Positions 1 to 10,680 of a stretch of 64,000 nucleotides of DNA are shown piece after piece. The stretch is from Flavobacteriales bacterium (GTDB taxonomy: Bacteria; Bacteroidota; Bacteroidia; Flavobacteriales_C; GCA-002722245). Below the pieces are notes generated by a model, which was not told the DNA's origin, did no database searches, and saw nothing but the letters and a program-made list of their open reading frames with translations. The translations under genes were made by a program, and so were the position numbers. Position 1 is the stretch's first letter, and every line of letters starts with the position of its first letter. The stretch spans positions 4,845 to 68,844 of the forward strand of contig JBJTOK010000030.1 of assembly GCA_046074525.1 (NCBI GenBank). Reading direction: 5' to 3'.

Positions 1-1
1 T

Positions 2-280
2 AACCTTTTGAAGCAAAAAGGTGCTGAAATCGTTCACCAGGACAACTGGGGCCTAAGGAAACTGGCCTACCCCGTAAAAAAGAAATCAACCGGGTTTTAC
101 CACCTGATTGAGTTCAAAGGCCCAGGTTCAGTAATTGCTGAACTTGAATTAGCTTATAAGCGTGATGAAAGATTGCTGCGTTTCTTAACAGTTAGTCTTG
201 ATGATCATGCTGTAGCTTTCAATGAGAAATTCAGAGGAAAATCTGTAAACAAGTCTAAAAAAGAAGAAGTTAAAGCATAA
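2..280 (+). CDS. rpsF: 30S ribosomal protein S6 (5'-partial, begins before the window)
   Basis: [18 protein letters not shown] and RDERLLRFL motifs; first gene of the S6-S18-L9 operon. Confidence 0.97.
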   Translation, partial: NLLKQKGAEIVHQDNWGLRKLAYPVKKKSTGFYHLIEFKGPGSVIAELELAYKRDERLLRFLTVSLDDHAVAFNEKFRGKSVNKSKKEEVKA

Positions 281-285
281 TCATT

Positions 286-552
286 ATGGCAGCAGAATCA
301 GATATCAGATATCTTACGCCTCCTTCAATTGAGGTAAAGAAAGACAAATATTGCCGTTTCAAGAAAGCGAAAATCAAGCACGTGGATTACAAAAATCCTG
401 ATTATTTGATGCGTTTCCTGAACGAACAAGGTAAAGTTCTTCCTAGAAGACTTACCGGTACTTCCCTGAAATTCCAGAGAAAAGTATCTCAATCTATTAA
501 AAGAGCAAGACAATTGGCTTTGTTGCCATTCGTTGCCGATAACTTAAAATAA
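286..552 (+). CDS. rpsR: 30S ribosomal protein S18
   Basis: [21 protein letters not shown] and [12 protein letters not shown] motifs. Confidence 0.98.
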   Translation: MAAESDIRYLTPPSIEVKKDKYCRFKKAKIKHVDYKNPDYLMRFLNEQGKVLPRRLTGTSLKFQRKVSQSIKRARQLALLPFVADNLK

Positions 553-560
553 GAAGAGCC

Positions 561-1007
561 ATGCAAGTAATCTTAAAAAAAGATATGCAACCGCTTGGAT
601 TCCAAGATGATGTTGTTACAGTGAAGCCGGGTTACGGTAGAAATTACCTGATTCCTCAGGGATACGCTGTTCTGGCTACCGACTCTGCAAAGAAAGTACA
701 TGCAGAGAATGTGAAACAGAGAGCGAAGAAAGACGAAAAAGCTAAAGCTGATGCTAATCAACTGGCTGCTAAATTGCAGGCCCTCACTGTTAAAGTGGGT
801 GCTAAAGCTGGTGAAACTGGTAAAATCTTTGGTTCAGTAATCAACGTTCAGGTGGGTGATGCATTGAAAGCTCAAGGTGTTGAGATAGACAGAAAAACTA
901 TCAAGATCCTTGGCGGTAGCATCAAAACCCTCGGAACTTACGAAGCGGAAGCTAAATTGCACCGTGAAGTAACTGCCAAGTTTTCTTTCGAAGTAATCGC
1001 TGAATAA
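561..1007 (+). CDS. rplI: 50S ribosomal protein L9
   Basis: MQVIL, VKPGYGRNYLIP and GKIFGSV motifs. Confidence 0.98.
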   Translation: MQVILKKDMQPLGFQDDVVTVKPGYGRNYLIPQGYAVLATDSAKKVHAENVKQRAKKDEKAKADANQLAAKLQALTVKVGAKAGETGKIFGSVINVQVGDALKAQGVEIDRKTIKILGGSIKTLGTYEAEAKLHREVTAKFSFEVIAE

Positions 1008-1027
1008 GCGTTTGAAATAAAAAAAGG

Positions 1028-1058
1028 AAAGTCCTGCTGAATTTCAGCGGGACTTTTT
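1028..1058 (+). terminator. Intrinsic terminator of the rpsF-rpsR-rplI operon
   Basis: AAAGTCCTGCTGA-att-TCAGCGGGACTTT hairpin followed by a T tract. Confidence 0.85.
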
Positions 1059-1084
1059 ATTTTTATGCAGCTCACACTGCTGCT

Positions 1085-2092
1085 ATGAAAAAGTTTTTTC
1101 TATTCTTCCTCTTCTCGTATTCTATTTCTTTTGCCCAGGATATTGAAATCACGAATTGGTACAATAATAAGTCTTGTGCTGTAGTAATGACTTTCGACGA
1201 CTGGCTGGAAGGACACGAAAAAATAGTAGTTCCAGCTCTTATTGAAAAGAAATTACCGGCGACCTTTTTTGTAACATTGCAGGGTGCTCAGTGGAAAAGA
1301 AATTTCTTTGATGAAATGCGCAATGCCCAGGCCCATGGATGCGAAATCGCAAATCATACAGTGACGCACCCCAGTCTGACGTCCATCTCTTCCCAAAAAG
1401 CGAAAAGTGAAATTGATAGTGCCCGGAAAATTATCATGGATTCGGTTCCTGGTGCGCAATGCCTCACCTTTGCTTATCCTATGGGTACACGGAACAATGA
1501 AGTTACCGCTATGGTGCAGAAGGAGCATATTGGCGCCCGCAGTGTGAATCCTTTTGATGAAAGAAATATCGTTTATGATTTCGCTACTGATACCATGGAT
1601 TACTACAGGGTAAATACCGTGAGGGTGTGGCACATCGTTACTCTGGAGAAAATTGCCGCTTGGGTGGATTATGCGGAAAAAGGAGGGGGAATGCTGACTT
1701 TCATGATGCATTCTATCTACAACGATAAGATAGCTCAGGGCTGGGATGCCATGCCTGAGGAGTTTTTGAAAGGTATGCTGGATACACTGAAGTCGAGAGA
1801 AGACAAGGTATGGATCACTACTTTTGCCTCGGCCCTTAAATACCATCAGCAGAAAAGAGCCACCCAGGTGAAATTTATCGGAGAGAAAAAGGGAGTGAAA
1901 ACCTATCGTTTGGTATCGGCGCTGAATCCCGAAATCTATAGTCAGCAACTGACGCTCAAAATGAAAAAACCATCATCAGATTGCGATATTCATCAGGGGT
2001 TGAAGAAAATTCCCTATACAATTTCCCCAGATGGACTCTGGATTTACTTTAACGTTGCACCGGATAAGGAGATAAAAATTGAAATTCAATAA
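1085..2092 (+). CDS. Secreted polysaccharide deacetylase (CE4/NodB family)
   Basis: Signal peptide; TFDD, H(T)xxH (NHTVTHP), FAYPMG and MMH motifs. Confidence 0.88.
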   Translation: MKKFFLFFLFSYSISFAQDIEITNWYNNKSCAVVMTFDDWLEGHEKIVVPALIEKKLPATFFVTLQGAQWKRNFFDEMRNAQAHGCEIANHTVTHPSLTSISSQKAKSEIDSARKIIMDSVPGAQCLTFAYPMGTRNNEVTAMVQKEHIGARSVNPFDERNIVYDFATDTMDYYRVNTVRVWHIVTLEKIAAWVDYAEKGGGMLTFMMHSIYNDKIAQGWDAMPEEFLKGMLDTLKSREDKVWITTFASALKYHQQKRATQVKFIGEKKGVKTYRLVSALNPEIYSQQLTLKMKKPSSDCDIHQGLKKIPYTISPDGLWIYFNVAPDKEIKIEIQ

Positions 2093-2119
2093 TACACCAA
2101 AACTAACTCTCTCGCCGAT

Positions 2120-2944
2120 TTATGGAGTAACTACCTTCAGATAATGGTATTCCTCGAACAAGCCTAAATCATCGTAGATCAGTTGTCGGATAGGCAGGTA
2201 GTTTTCTTTATCGACATAGAAAGTGATTTTCTTACAGTAGATATTCGGTATCTTGATTTCTTCTCCTTCATCCAGGTCATCATAGTCGTCTACATTTTCA
2301 CTGTTTTTTTCCAGCATCATGTAATCACTGATCAATAAGCGATTGGCAATGGTGGTGAGCGTTTCACCTTTTTTTACTTTGTAAGTTATATAGGCGAATT
2401 GCGGATAATTGCAGGTCACTGAAAGACATTTTCTTCCCTGCCATTCAACATCACCATCTACTATGCAATAATCCCTGTATTTGTGGCTGATCTTCTGTCC
2501 GAAAGCCGTCATTATTTTTCCAAAATAGCTAAAGCCGATTTCAAAAATAGTGTGGTGTTGTTTTTCGCGGAGCAGTGACCCGTAGGGATCAAGTTTGAGA
2601 GTGACATAAGGAAAGGAGTTAGGTTTTACAATGGCTTTGCCGTCGTTGGCCCCTTGTGTATACAGTAATTCCTTACCTGCTTCGGGACTTATCGTTTTTA
2701 AATAGATTTTAAAAGGATTGTTAGCCATCTTGATTTCGCTGGAGCCAACAGACATTTTTCCATGTATTCTTTCCGATTTGGTGAAGGTGAAAGTCATGGT
2801 GTTGGCTGCTTTGATAGCAGCCAGAGTTTTGTCGATGACATCGGCAACTTTTAGTCCGGGCTTCTCGCTTTTTTCAGCCGGACTGAAGGAAAGCGTTGTG
2901 GCTACAGTGAAAAAGGCTATCAATATTGTCCGTAGGTTTCTCAT
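2120..2944 (-). CDS. DUF1571-like exported protein with a LysM domain
   Basis: Signal peptide; YKVKKGETLTTIA...L..GEEIKIP LysM motif; LolA-like YVDKENYLP and EEYHY C-terminus. Confidence 0.75.
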   Translation of the reverse strand: MRNLRTILIAFFTVATTLSFSPAEKSEKPGLKVADVIDKTLAAIKAANTMTFTFTKSERIHGKMSVGSSEIKMANNPFKIYLKTISPEAGKELLYTQGANDGKAIVKPNSFPYVTLKLDPYGSLLREKQHHTIFEIGFSYFGKIMTAFGQKISHKYRDYCIVDGDVEWQGRKCLSVTCNYPQFAYITYKVKKGETLTTIANRLLISDYMMLEKNSENVDDYDDLDEGEEIKIPNIYCKKITFYVDKENYLPIRQLIYDDLGLFEEYHYLKVVTP

Positions 2945-2988
2945 ATTTGGAGTTCTTCTACGGCAACTTGCTATAATGGATACAGAAC

Positions 2989-3489
2989 TTATTTTTTGCT
3001 TCCCTTTTCTACTTCAGGAATGGATTGGATCACTTTCTCTTTGAGCTGTTCTTTGAAAGAAACAATTCTCTTCAGCACTTCAGCATCTGAAGAACCAATG
3101 ATTTGTGCTGCAAGGATGCCCGCGTTTTTAGCGGCATCCAGCGCTACCGTCCCCACAGGAACTCCATTGGGCATTTGAAGAATTGACAATATTGAATCCC
3201 AACCGTCAATGGAATTGCTTGATTTTATTGGTACTCCAAGCACCGGAAGAGGAGTGAGTGAAGCCACCATGCCCGGAAGATGCGCAGCACCGCCGGCACC
3301 GGCAATGATGACTTTAAGCCCTCTGCCTGCAGCAGATTGAGCGTAGTCGAACATTCTTTCGGGAGTGCGGTGGGCCGACACTACAGTCATTTCAAAAGGA
3401 ATGCCCAGTTCTTTCAATACATCTGCAGCGTCCTGCATAATTCTTAAATCCGACTGGCTGCCCATGATGATTCCTACCTGTGCGTTCAT
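2989..3489 (-). CDS. purE: N5-carboxyaminoimidazole ribonucleotide mutase
   Basis: IMGSQSD, SAHRTP, AGAGGAAHLPGM and QMPNGVPV motifs. Confidence 0.98.
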   Translation of the reverse strand: MNAQVGIIMGSQSDLRIMQDAADVLKELGIPFEMTVVSAHRTPERMFDYAQSAAGRGLKVIIAGAGGAAHLPGMVASLTPLPVLGVPIKSSNSIDGWDSILSILQMPNGVPVGTVALDAAKNAGILAAQIIGSSDAEVLKRIVSFKEQLKEKVIQSIPEVEKGSKK

Positions 3490-4628
3490 GCAATAACTTT
3501 TAAAGTGTCTTTTATAATTTTTGCTTTCTCTTTTGCTTTCTCAAGGTCTTTATCGACTACCGTAACATGCCCCATTTTCCTGAAAGACTTGGTTTCGGAT
3601 TTGCCGTAGATATGAATGTTTACGCCACCTATAGCCATTGCCTTGTCAATGTCCTTATACTTCACATAACCCATGTAATCTTTTTCTCCCAGAAGGTTCA
3701 CCATTACGGAAGGAATGGTGATATCGGTGCTGCCCAGCGGCATGCCTATAAGGCAGCGCAGCAGTTGGTCGTATTGTGAAGTGATGTTGCCTTCTATCGT
3801 CTGGTGGCCGCTGTTGTGAGGTCGCGGAGCAATTTCATTCACCAGCAGTTCATTGTCTTTGCTTAAAAACATTTCCACTGCCAGGATGCCTACCATATCG
3901 AGTTTTGTAATGATCTTTTTCGCTAGCTCCATAGCGGCTTTCTCTACTTCTGTGCTGATGTTGGCTGGTGAAAAGAGAAATTCCACGAGGTTGGCTTCCG
4001 GGTTGAATTCCATTTCAACAGGAGGAAAAGCATTTACTTCGCCATTCTGTCCACGACAGGCGATTACAGAAATCTCCTGTTGTATATCAACGAGTTTTTC
4101 CAGTACACAAAGACCATCAAATGCCTTGCTGAAATCACTTTCACTTCTTAGGATTTGTACGCCTTTACCATCGTAGCCGCCTTTGCGCAGCTTTTGCACG
4201 ATAGGCAATTGATCCTTGAAAAGTTCAAGATCGGCTTTGCCTTCAATCAGGTAAAATTCAGAAGTAGGGAAATTGTTCTCTTTGTAAAAAAGTTTCTGAA
4301 GTCCTTTGTCCTGAACAATTTTAATGGCATGTGGCTGCGGAAAAACCTTGATTCCTTCTTTCTCTAATTGTTCCAGGCCTTCCACACTCACATTCTCAAT
4401 TTCAATGGTCACCACATCGCATTTTTTACCAAAATCGTACACCAGTTTCGCATTGTTGAGGTCGCCCCTGTAAAACCAATTGCTTATTTCCCTGCAGGGA
4501 GCATGGGTGTCGGGATCAATAAAAGCCATTTCCAGATTGTAGCTGTAGGATTTCTGTAATAACATCCGGCCGAGTTGACCACCTCCTAAAACACCTACTT
4601 TTAATCCTTTGTAAAAGGGTTTTTCCAT
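3486..4628 (-). CDS. purK: N5-CAIR synthase (ATP-grasp); likely start is the ATG at 4628
   Basis: GGGQLGRM, GYDGKG, NEIAPRPHNSGH and RKMGH motifs; overlaps purE by 4 nt. Confidence 0.97.
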   Translation of the reverse strand: MEKPFYKGLKVGVLGGGQLGRMLLQKSYSYNLEMAFIDPDTHAPCREISNWFYRGDLNNAKLVYDFGKKCDVVTIEIENVSVEGLEQLEKEGIKVFPQPHAIKIVQDKGLQKLFYKENNFPTSEFYLIEGKADLELFKDQLPIVQKLRKGGYDGKGVQILRSESDFSKAFDGLCVLEKLVDIQQEISVIACRGQNGEVNAFPPVEMEFNPEANLVEFLFSPANISTEVEKAAMELAKKIITKLDMVGILAVEMFLSKDNELLVNEIAPRPHNSGHQTIEGNITSQYDQLLRCLIGMPLGSTDITIPSVMVNLLGEKDYMGYVKYKDIDKAMAIGGVNIHIYGKSETKSFRKMGHVTVVDKDLEKAKEKAKIIKDTLKVIA

Positions 4629-4694
4629 GTGGCCAAAGATAGAAAACAATTGACTTATTTTTGTATATTAGGCGCCTTGTTTTAAACTAACGTT

Positions 4695-5273
4695 ATGCTG
4701 AACATTGTATTATTTGGCCCTCCGGGCGCAGGAAAAGGAACACAATCCACCCGCTTGTTGGAGAAATACGGACTCGTCCACTTGTCGACCGGTGATATTT
4801 TGCGCGCTGAAATGAGCGCTGGTACCGAACTCGGTAATAAAGCCAAAGCCCTGATTGAAAAGGGTGAGCTTGTGCCGGATGAAGTAGTGATTGGTATGAT
4901 AGACAATAAAATCAGCTCCAGCGTCAATAAGAAAGGTTTTATTTTCGATGGTTTCCCGAGAACCACTCCACAAGCCCAGGCTCTGGATGCTCTCCTCAGC
5001 AAAAAAGGCAGCGGTATTTCCTGCATGCTGTCGCTCGAGGTTCCTGAACAGGAGCTCATCGCGCGCTTGCTCGATCGAGGTAAAATCAGCGGAAGAGCCG
5101 ATGACCAGGACCAAAAAACCATTGCTAACCGCATTAAAGTTTATACCGAACAAACTCTGCCGTTGAAAGATTATTACAAGGCTCAGGGCAAACTGGCTTC
5201 CATTGAGGGAGTAGGAACAGTAGATGCTATCTTCGAGGCTTTATGTGATGCTATTGATGGCGTAAGTGCATAA
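4695..5273 (+). CDS. adk: Adenylate kinase (short LID type)
   Basis: GPPGAGKGTQ, STGDILR and FDGFPRT motifs. Confidence 0.97.
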   Translation: MLNIVLFGPPGAGKGTQSTRLLEKYGLVHLSTGDILRAEMSAGTELGNKAKALIEKGELVPDEVVIGMIDNKISSSVNKKGFIFDGFPRTTPQAQALDALLSKKGSGISCMLSLEVPEQELIARLLDRGKISGRADDQDQKTIANRIKVYTEQTLPLKDYYKAQGKLASIEGVGTVDAIFEALCDAIDGVSA

Positions 5274-5292
5274 ACTTTCTAAATCGCTACAT

Positions 5293-5318
5293 AAAAGCTG
5301 CCCCGCGCAGCTTTTTTT
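5293..5318 (+). terminator. Terminator-like hairpin between adk and obgE
   Basis: AAAAGCTG-ccccgcg-CAGCTTTT followed by a T tract. Confidence 0.65.
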
Positions 5319-5342
5319 ATACCTTTGACTTAAATTTTTCCT

Positions 5343-6329
5343 GTGGATACCAACTTTATAGATTACGTAAAAATATGCTGCCGCTCTGGTGCCGGTGGTG
5401 CCGGATCCATGCATTTCCACAGGGATAAGGTGACTTCCAAAGGTGGGCCCGATGGTGGAAATGGAGGGAGAGGTGGGCATATCATCCTGAAAGGAAGTTC
5501 ACAGCACTGGACTTTATTACACCTTAAGTACAGAAAGCACATCATCGCAGAGAATGGCGGGCCAGGCAGTTCCAGTCACAAAACCGGAAAAACCGGTGAA
5601 GATATTATTCTAGAAGTTCCGCTTGGGACTATTGCCAAGGATGCTGAGACCGGTGTGGTGGAATGTGAAATTGTAGAGGACGGTCAGACCTTCATTATTG
5701 CTCCCGGCGGTCGAGGTGGACTGGGAAATTCCAATTTCAAATCGGCTACCAACCAAAATCCCCGCTACCATCAGCCGGGTGAACCAGGCAAGGAAGACTG
5801 GAAGATTTTGGAACTCAAAGTATTGGCGGATGTTGGTTTTGTAGGTTTTCCGAATGCAGGCAAAAGTACCTTGCTATCGGTGATCACCGCCGCAAAACCA
5901 GAAATCGCAGATTATCCATTTACTACTCTTGTGCCTAACCTGGGCATTGTGAAATACGAAGATTACAAATCCTTTGTGGTGGCCGATATTCCGGGTATCA
6001 TCGAAGGAGCGCACGAAGGAAAGGGCCTCGGCCATCGCTTCCTGCGCCATATCGAAAGAAATTCTATTTTGCTTTTCATCATTCCTGCCGACAGTAAGGA
6101 TATCCGCAAGGAATTTGATATCCTGATGAATGAGCTGGAAGAGTACAATCCGGAACTACTCGACAAAAAAGTAGTGCTCGCCATCAATAAATCCGATATG
6201 CTGGATGAGGAACTCAAGCGCGAACTCATGAAGGAGTTGCCAAAAAAAGTGCCGCATGTGTTTATCTCCGCACTTCAGAAAAAAGGATTGGATAAGCTGA
6301 AAGACCTTCTGTGGAAGGAGTTGAAGTAA
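5343..6329 (+). CDS. obgE: GTPase ObgE/CgtA (GTG start)
   Basis: Gly-rich Obg fold; [18 protein letters not shown] and NKSD motifs. Confidence 0.97.
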   Translation: MDTNFIDYVKICCRSGAGGAGSMHFHRDKVTSKGGPDGGNGGRGGHIILKGSSQHWTLLHLKYRKHIIAENGGPGSSSHKTGKTGEDIILEVPLGTIAKDAETGVVECEIVEDGQTFIIAPGGRGGLGNSNFKSATNQNPRYHQPGEPGKEDWKILELKVLADVGFVGFPNAGKSTLLSVITAAKPEIADYPFTTLVPNLGIVKYEDYKSFVVADIPGIIEGAHEGKGLGHRFLRHIERNSILLFIIPADSKDIRKEFDILMNELEEYNPELLDKKVVLAINKSDMLDEELKRELMKELPKKVPHVFISALQKKGLDKLKDLLWKELK

Positions 6330-6337
6330 TTCCTGAT

Positions 6338-6400
6338 TTCTCATATATTTCACAGATGTACACAGTTCTAATCTGTTATGATCTGTGAAATCTGTGGGAA
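6338..6400. repeat. Imperfect palindromic intergenic repeat built from CACAGAT/ATCTGTG units
   Basis: ATTTCACAGAT (6347-6357) is the reverse complement of ATCTGTGAAAT (6381-6391); further degenerate units flank it. Confidence 0.6.
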
Positions 6401-6425
6401 AATTTATTTATATCTTTAAAAAATC

Positions 6426-7007
6426 ATGGAAACTATCATTCAATGGGACAGGGACCTTTTCCGGTTCATCAACCAGAATCTGCATTCTGATGCGATGGAT
6501 CTGTTCATGTACTACCTCAGCGAGCGCTGGGTGTGGATTCCTGTTTATGCTTTCCTTACGGCCTGTATTTTTTATGCTTACAAAACCAGGGGCTGGTGGG
6601 TATTTCTAACGGTTCTCCTGCTGATTGCTTCCAGTGATATTATTTCTTCGCAGGTGATTAAAGAATTAGTGCAGCGCCATCGTCCCTGCAGGCCCGAAGT
6701 GGATTTGGGCTTTACGGTAAGGCTCCTGCCCGGAGAAGGTTGTAGCGAATATGGCTTTGTTTCTTCGCATGCCTCCAACTTTTTTGGAATGGCTGTTTTT
6801 TTCTCTCTGCTTTTTTACCGGAGAAATAAATGGTGGCTGTGGGGCGGACTGATTTGCGCCGTTCTTGTGGGCTTTAGCCGCATTTACCTGGGGAAGCATT
6901 ATCCTCTCGATATTATCGGTGGTGCTGTTTTCGGCGCTTGCCTCGCTTTTTTCTGGTACAAGACTTTGGTATGGTTTTTAAACCAAAGAGGATTATCTTT
7001 GTCCTAG
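6426..7007 (+). CDS. PAP2-family membrane phosphatase
   Basis: KxxxxRxRP, (F)VSSHA and SRIYLGKHYPLD motifs; hydrophobic. Confidence 0.92.
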   Translation: METIIQWDRDLFRFINQNLHSDAMDLFMYYLSERWVWIPVYAFLTACIFYAYKTRGWWVFLTVLLLIASSDIISSQVIKELVQRHRPCRPEVDLGFTVRLLPGEGCSEYGFVSSHASNFFGMAVFFSLLFYRRNKWWLWGGLICAVLVGFSRIYLGKHYPLDIIGGAVFGACLAFFWYKTLVWFLNQRGLSLS

Positions 7008-7097
7008 CCTGGCGAAACCTTAACAATACTGTAACTTTAGCCTCGTTTTGAAGTTATACCTTTTCAGGCAAGGTTATTGTGATTTAATTGAACCAGA

Positions 7098-9506
7098 ATG
7101 CACTTGTTTTTCCGCTACATAAATACCCTTATACTCGCCGCTCTGTTTTTATGGAACAGCTCCGTGTACGGGCAATTGCAGGTGGATCATCAGGATGCCA
7201 ACACTCTAGTTCGATCTATCTTACTTTGTCCCCAGATACAGGTTTCCAATTTAAAATTTACCGGAGATCAAAGTATGATTGGCCATTTCAACAGTTCAAA
7301 AGCCAATGTGGGGCTTACTGACGGAATTATCCTTAGCACTGGCGACATACAGGATGCTACAGGTCCCAACGACAGTAAGGGCGCTGGCGCATCGATGGGT
7401 TTAAGTGGCGATGCCGATCTTGATATTATTTCTTCCCCAACACATGATGCTGCTGTTCTTGAGTTTGATTTTGTGGCCATTACCGATTCGGTGGTGATCA
7501 ACTACGTTTTTGCATCGGAGGAATATCTGGAATTTGTGGATATGGGCTTCAATGACGTTTTTGGCTTCTTCCTCAGCGGTCCGGGCATCAATGGCCCCTT
7601 CAGCGGAAATGCAGTAAACATAGCCCTTACTCCCGGTACATCCACTCCTGTGAGTGTGAACACAATTAATGATGTTAAAAACTCCGGCCTTTATATCAAC
7701 AACGGAACGGGTGCTGCGGGTTCTTCGCAATTTACCAGTAATAAAGTGATACAGTTTGATGGATTCACTCGTCCGCTGGCAGCAAGATGTGCTGTTACGC
7801 CCGGTTTGAAATACCATATGAAAATTGCTATTGCCGACGTATCCGATGGTATTTACGATTCGGCGGTATTCCTGGAAGGGGGTAGTTTCTTCTCCAATGA
7901 ATATACTGTGCATGAAATCGCCACCAATCCTAAGGATCAGCTCTACGAAAATTGTGATAGTGTAGTGGTGACTTTCAAGATGAGCCCGTCTAAATTCAAA
8001 ATAGGTAAGCTTCCATTGAAATTCCAGGGAACTGCCACCAATGGTGTTGATTATGCCTTCCTGAAAGATTCGGTGGTCATCAATCCCAACAATGGCATAG
8101 GTACATTGGTGGTAAAGCCACTGAAAGATAATTTTAGCGACAATAACGAAACGCTGGACATCATTCTTAAAAAGTCGGCTTGTAATGAAGATACGCTTCA
8201 TTACCGATTTAAGGATTTGTTGCCAATTACGGTGACCAGTTATGATACATTGTATTGCGGTGGACCAATCACGATTGTGTCCAAATACAGTGGCGGAGCG
8301 AGTCCTGTGCTTACTTGGGCGCTTGATGGAAGCAATCAGAAGACCCTCAATGTGAATCCCGGATGGAATACCAAAGAATATACTTACACTGTCGACGACC
8401 ATTGCGGTCAGGGTCCGATACAAGGAAAAGTAAAAGCTATAGTAAACAACAAAAAACCCAACGCGGGTGCAGATAAGCGTTTTTGCAGCGGTCCGCCGGT
8501 GATTATTGGAGGTGGGGCAACAGTGGGTTATACTTATCAGTGGTCGCCTGTCGCGGGACTCGATAATTCGGCTAGTTCCCAGCCTTCCCTGAGCATCACC
8601 AATACCAGTGGTACCAAAAGCGTAGTGAACTACGTGGTGGAAAGTGACAACGGAATGTGTAAAGCCAAGGATACTGTTGTCGTTACTGTGCTGCCGAATC
8701 CCCTGGCAGTAATTGATCCTCTCACTTATTCGAAATGCCCGATTTTCTTTCTCAACCCGCTGGAACATTCTTCAGTATCCGATTCAGTGGAGTATGTATG
8801 GACTACTTCTGATGGTCAGCAGCAAACAGGGAAAGATGCTCTTCTTTCCTTTGCCAATCCGGGGAGCTACAATGTGTTTCTTACCGTAACCAACTATGGC
8901 TTATGCACCGATGAGGCTGCGGCTCTCAATCATGTAACAATACTTCCCACGCCGGTGGCTTCCTTCACAATGAGCAGCAATGAAGTGAATATGCTCGATC
9001 CCCTGGTTACTTTTGATGGAGCCCCGCTCTTCGCAGATTCCTGCTATATGGATGTTTTCGGTCCGGATGGCCAGTTACTCACCGCATCACCGCTATGCAA
9101 CTTTTCCTATGAAATTCCTGAAACCGGCTACAACAAAGCAGTGCAGTATGTAGTAGCTCAAAATGGTTGCCGGGATACATTGGAGCAGACAATTTATGTA
9201 AAACCCGAATACTTTGTTTATGCTCCCAATGCTTTTACCGTCAATAACGACGGATTGAACGAAAGCTTCAAAGTGTACTATTCATGGGCCATTGAAGATT
9301 TTGAATTTTACATTTACGATCGCTGGGGACATGAAATGTTTCACCAAACAGGCAATGGCTCCGAAGTAAGCTGGGATGGTAAAGCGGCCGATGGTACGCT
9401 GCAGCCGCAAGGGGTGTATGTATACATGTACACTTTCACACGACCTGTTCGAGGTAATTTATCCGAGAAGGTGCGCGAGTACGGTAAGGTTACTCTCGTA
9501 AGATAG
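7098..9506 (+). CDS. T9SS type-B-sorted surface protein (choice-of-anchor L-like N-terminus, PKD/Ig-like repeats, gliding-motility-associated C-terminal domain)
   Basis: YVFASEEY..F...FNDVFGFF domain; C-terminal PNAFTVNNDGLNESF..IYDRWG..WDG..GVYVY. Confidence 0.85.
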   Translation: MHLFFRYINTLILAALFLWNSSVYGQLQVDHQDANTLVRSILLCPQIQVSNLKFTGDQSMIGHFNSSKANVGLTDGIILSTGDIQDATGPNDSKGAGASMGLSGDADLDIISSPTHDAAVLEFDFVAITDSVVINYVFASEEYLEFVDMGFNDVFGFFLSGPGINGPFSGNAVNIALTPGTSTPVSVNTINDVKNSGLYINNGTGAAGSSQFTSNKVIQFDGFTRPLAARCAVTPGLKYHMKIAIADVSDGIYDSAVFLEGGSFFSNEYTVHEIATNPKDQLYENCDSVVVTFKMSPSKFKIGKLPLKFQGTATNGVDYAFLKDSVVINPNNGIGTLVVKPLKDNFSDNNETLDIILKKSACNEDTLHYRFKDLLPITVTSYDTLYCGGPITIVSKYSGGASPVLTWALDGSNQKTLNVNPGWNTKEYTYTVDDHCGQGPIQGKVKAIVNNKKPNAGADKRFCSGPPVIIGGGATVGYTYQWSPVAGLDNSASSQPSLSITNTSGTKSVVNYVVESDNGMCKAKDTVVVTVLPNPLAVIDPLTYSKCPIFFLNPLEHSSVSDSVEYVWTTSDGQQQTGKDALLSFANPGSYNVFLTVTNYGLCTDEAAALNHVTILPTPVASFTMSSNEVNMLDPLVTFDGAPLFADSCYMDVFGPDGQLLTASPLCNFSYEIPETGYNKAVQYVVAQNGCRDTLEQTIYVKPEYFVYAPNAFTVNNDGLNESFKVYYSWAIEDFEFYIYDRWGHEMFHQTGNGSEVSWDGKAADGTLQPQGVYVYMYTFTRPVRGNLSEKVREYGKVTLVR

Positions 9507-9557
9507 TTTGCGCTTTGTGCAGACTTATCCTACATTTACCCCTCAAAATTTTAGCTT

Positions 9558-10679
9558 TTGAAAATCGCATATCTTTCCACATTTTATCCTTTCCGCGGTG
9601 GCATCGCGCAGTTCAATGCATCGCTGTACCGAGCCTTTGAGCAGAAGCATGAAGTGCATGCTTTTACTTTCACGCGCCAGTATCCCGAAATTCTTTTTCC
9701 TGGAAAAACGCAGATGGTGGAAGACAAGGACATTGCCGATAAAATCCCTGCTGAAAGATTGCTCGATACAGTGAATCCTTTCACGGGAAGTATTACTGCT
9801 AAGGCCATCAATAATACACATCCTGATTTACTGGTGATGAAGTACTGGATGCCTTTTTTCGCTCCATCGCTTGGGGCAGTGGCTGCAAAAATGAAGAGTA
9901 AAACCAAGGTGATTGCCATTTTGGACAATGTTATTCCGCACGAAAAACATTTCTATGATATTCCACTTACCGAGTATTTCCTTAAACGTTGCGATGGTTT
10001 TGTGGTGATGAGTGAATCGGTGAGAACAGATCTGCTGAGTCTGCAACCCAAAGCAAAGTGTATTTTACATCAGCATCCTTATTACGATCATTTCGGTGCC
10101 AAGCTGGAAGTGGCTGAAGCCCGCAAAAAATTAGGTATTGGTAAGGAGCAGAAAGTGCTGTTGTTTTTCGGATTTATCCGTGCTTACAAAGGATTGGATA
10201 TTTTACTGGAAGCCTTTAAAAATGCGCCTTCCGACTATACTTTGGTCATTGCCGGAGAGCCCTACGAAGATTTTGAAAAATATCAGCCTGCGCTGGATGC
10301 CTTGAAAGCACAGGGAAAAAACATTATCGACCGCATTCGTTACATCGGTGATCACGAAGTGCCGGAATTGTTTTCGGCGTCGGATGTTTGTGTGTTGTCG
10401 TACAAAAGCGCAACGCAAAGCGGCATTGCTTCTATTGCTATGCATTTCGATTTACCAATGATTGTTACGCCTGTGGGTGGCTTGCCCGAAGAAGTCGATA
10501 ATGGAAAAACAGGGATGGTGACGGAAGAAGTTTCAGCTGGTGCGGTATGGAAATCGGTTGAACAATTTTTCTCTAAAAATCTCAAACCAGTTTTCCAGCA
10601 AAACATTGCTGCTACCAAGCAGGAGCGATCGTGGAAGGTTTTAGCGGATAGGATAGTGGATTTTTCTGAAACACTTTGA
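9558..10679 (+). CDS. Glycosyltransferase family 4 (TTG start)
   Basis: GGIAQF, FFGFIRAYKGLD, SATQSG and VGGLPE motifs of the GT-B fold. Confidence 0.9.
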   Translation: MKIAYLSTFYPFRGGIAQFNASLYRAFEQKHEVHAFTFTRQYPEILFPGKTQMVEDKDIADKIPAERLLDTVNPFTGSITAKAINNTHPDLLVMKYWMPFFAPSLGAVAAKMKSKTKVIAILDNVIPHEKHFYDIPLTEYFLKRCDGFVVMSESVRTDLLSLQPKAKCILHQHPYYDHFGAKLEVAEARKKLGIGKEQKVLLFFGFIRAYKGLDILLEAFKNAPSDYTLVIAGEPYEDFEKYQPALDALKAQGKNIIDRIRYIGDHEVPELFSASDVCVLSYKSATQSGIASIAMHFDLPMIVTPVGGLPEEVDNGKTGMVTEEVSAGAVWKSVEQFFSKNLKPVFQQNIAATKQERSWKVLADRIVDFSETL

Positions 10680-10680
10680 T

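Noticed and set aside
7401-8768. 455-aa minus-strand ORF (also 1253-1948, 48745-49512, 54112-54954 and other antisense ORFs in the track)
   Set aside because: They lie opposite well-supported genes and show no recognisable motifs; treated as shadow frames
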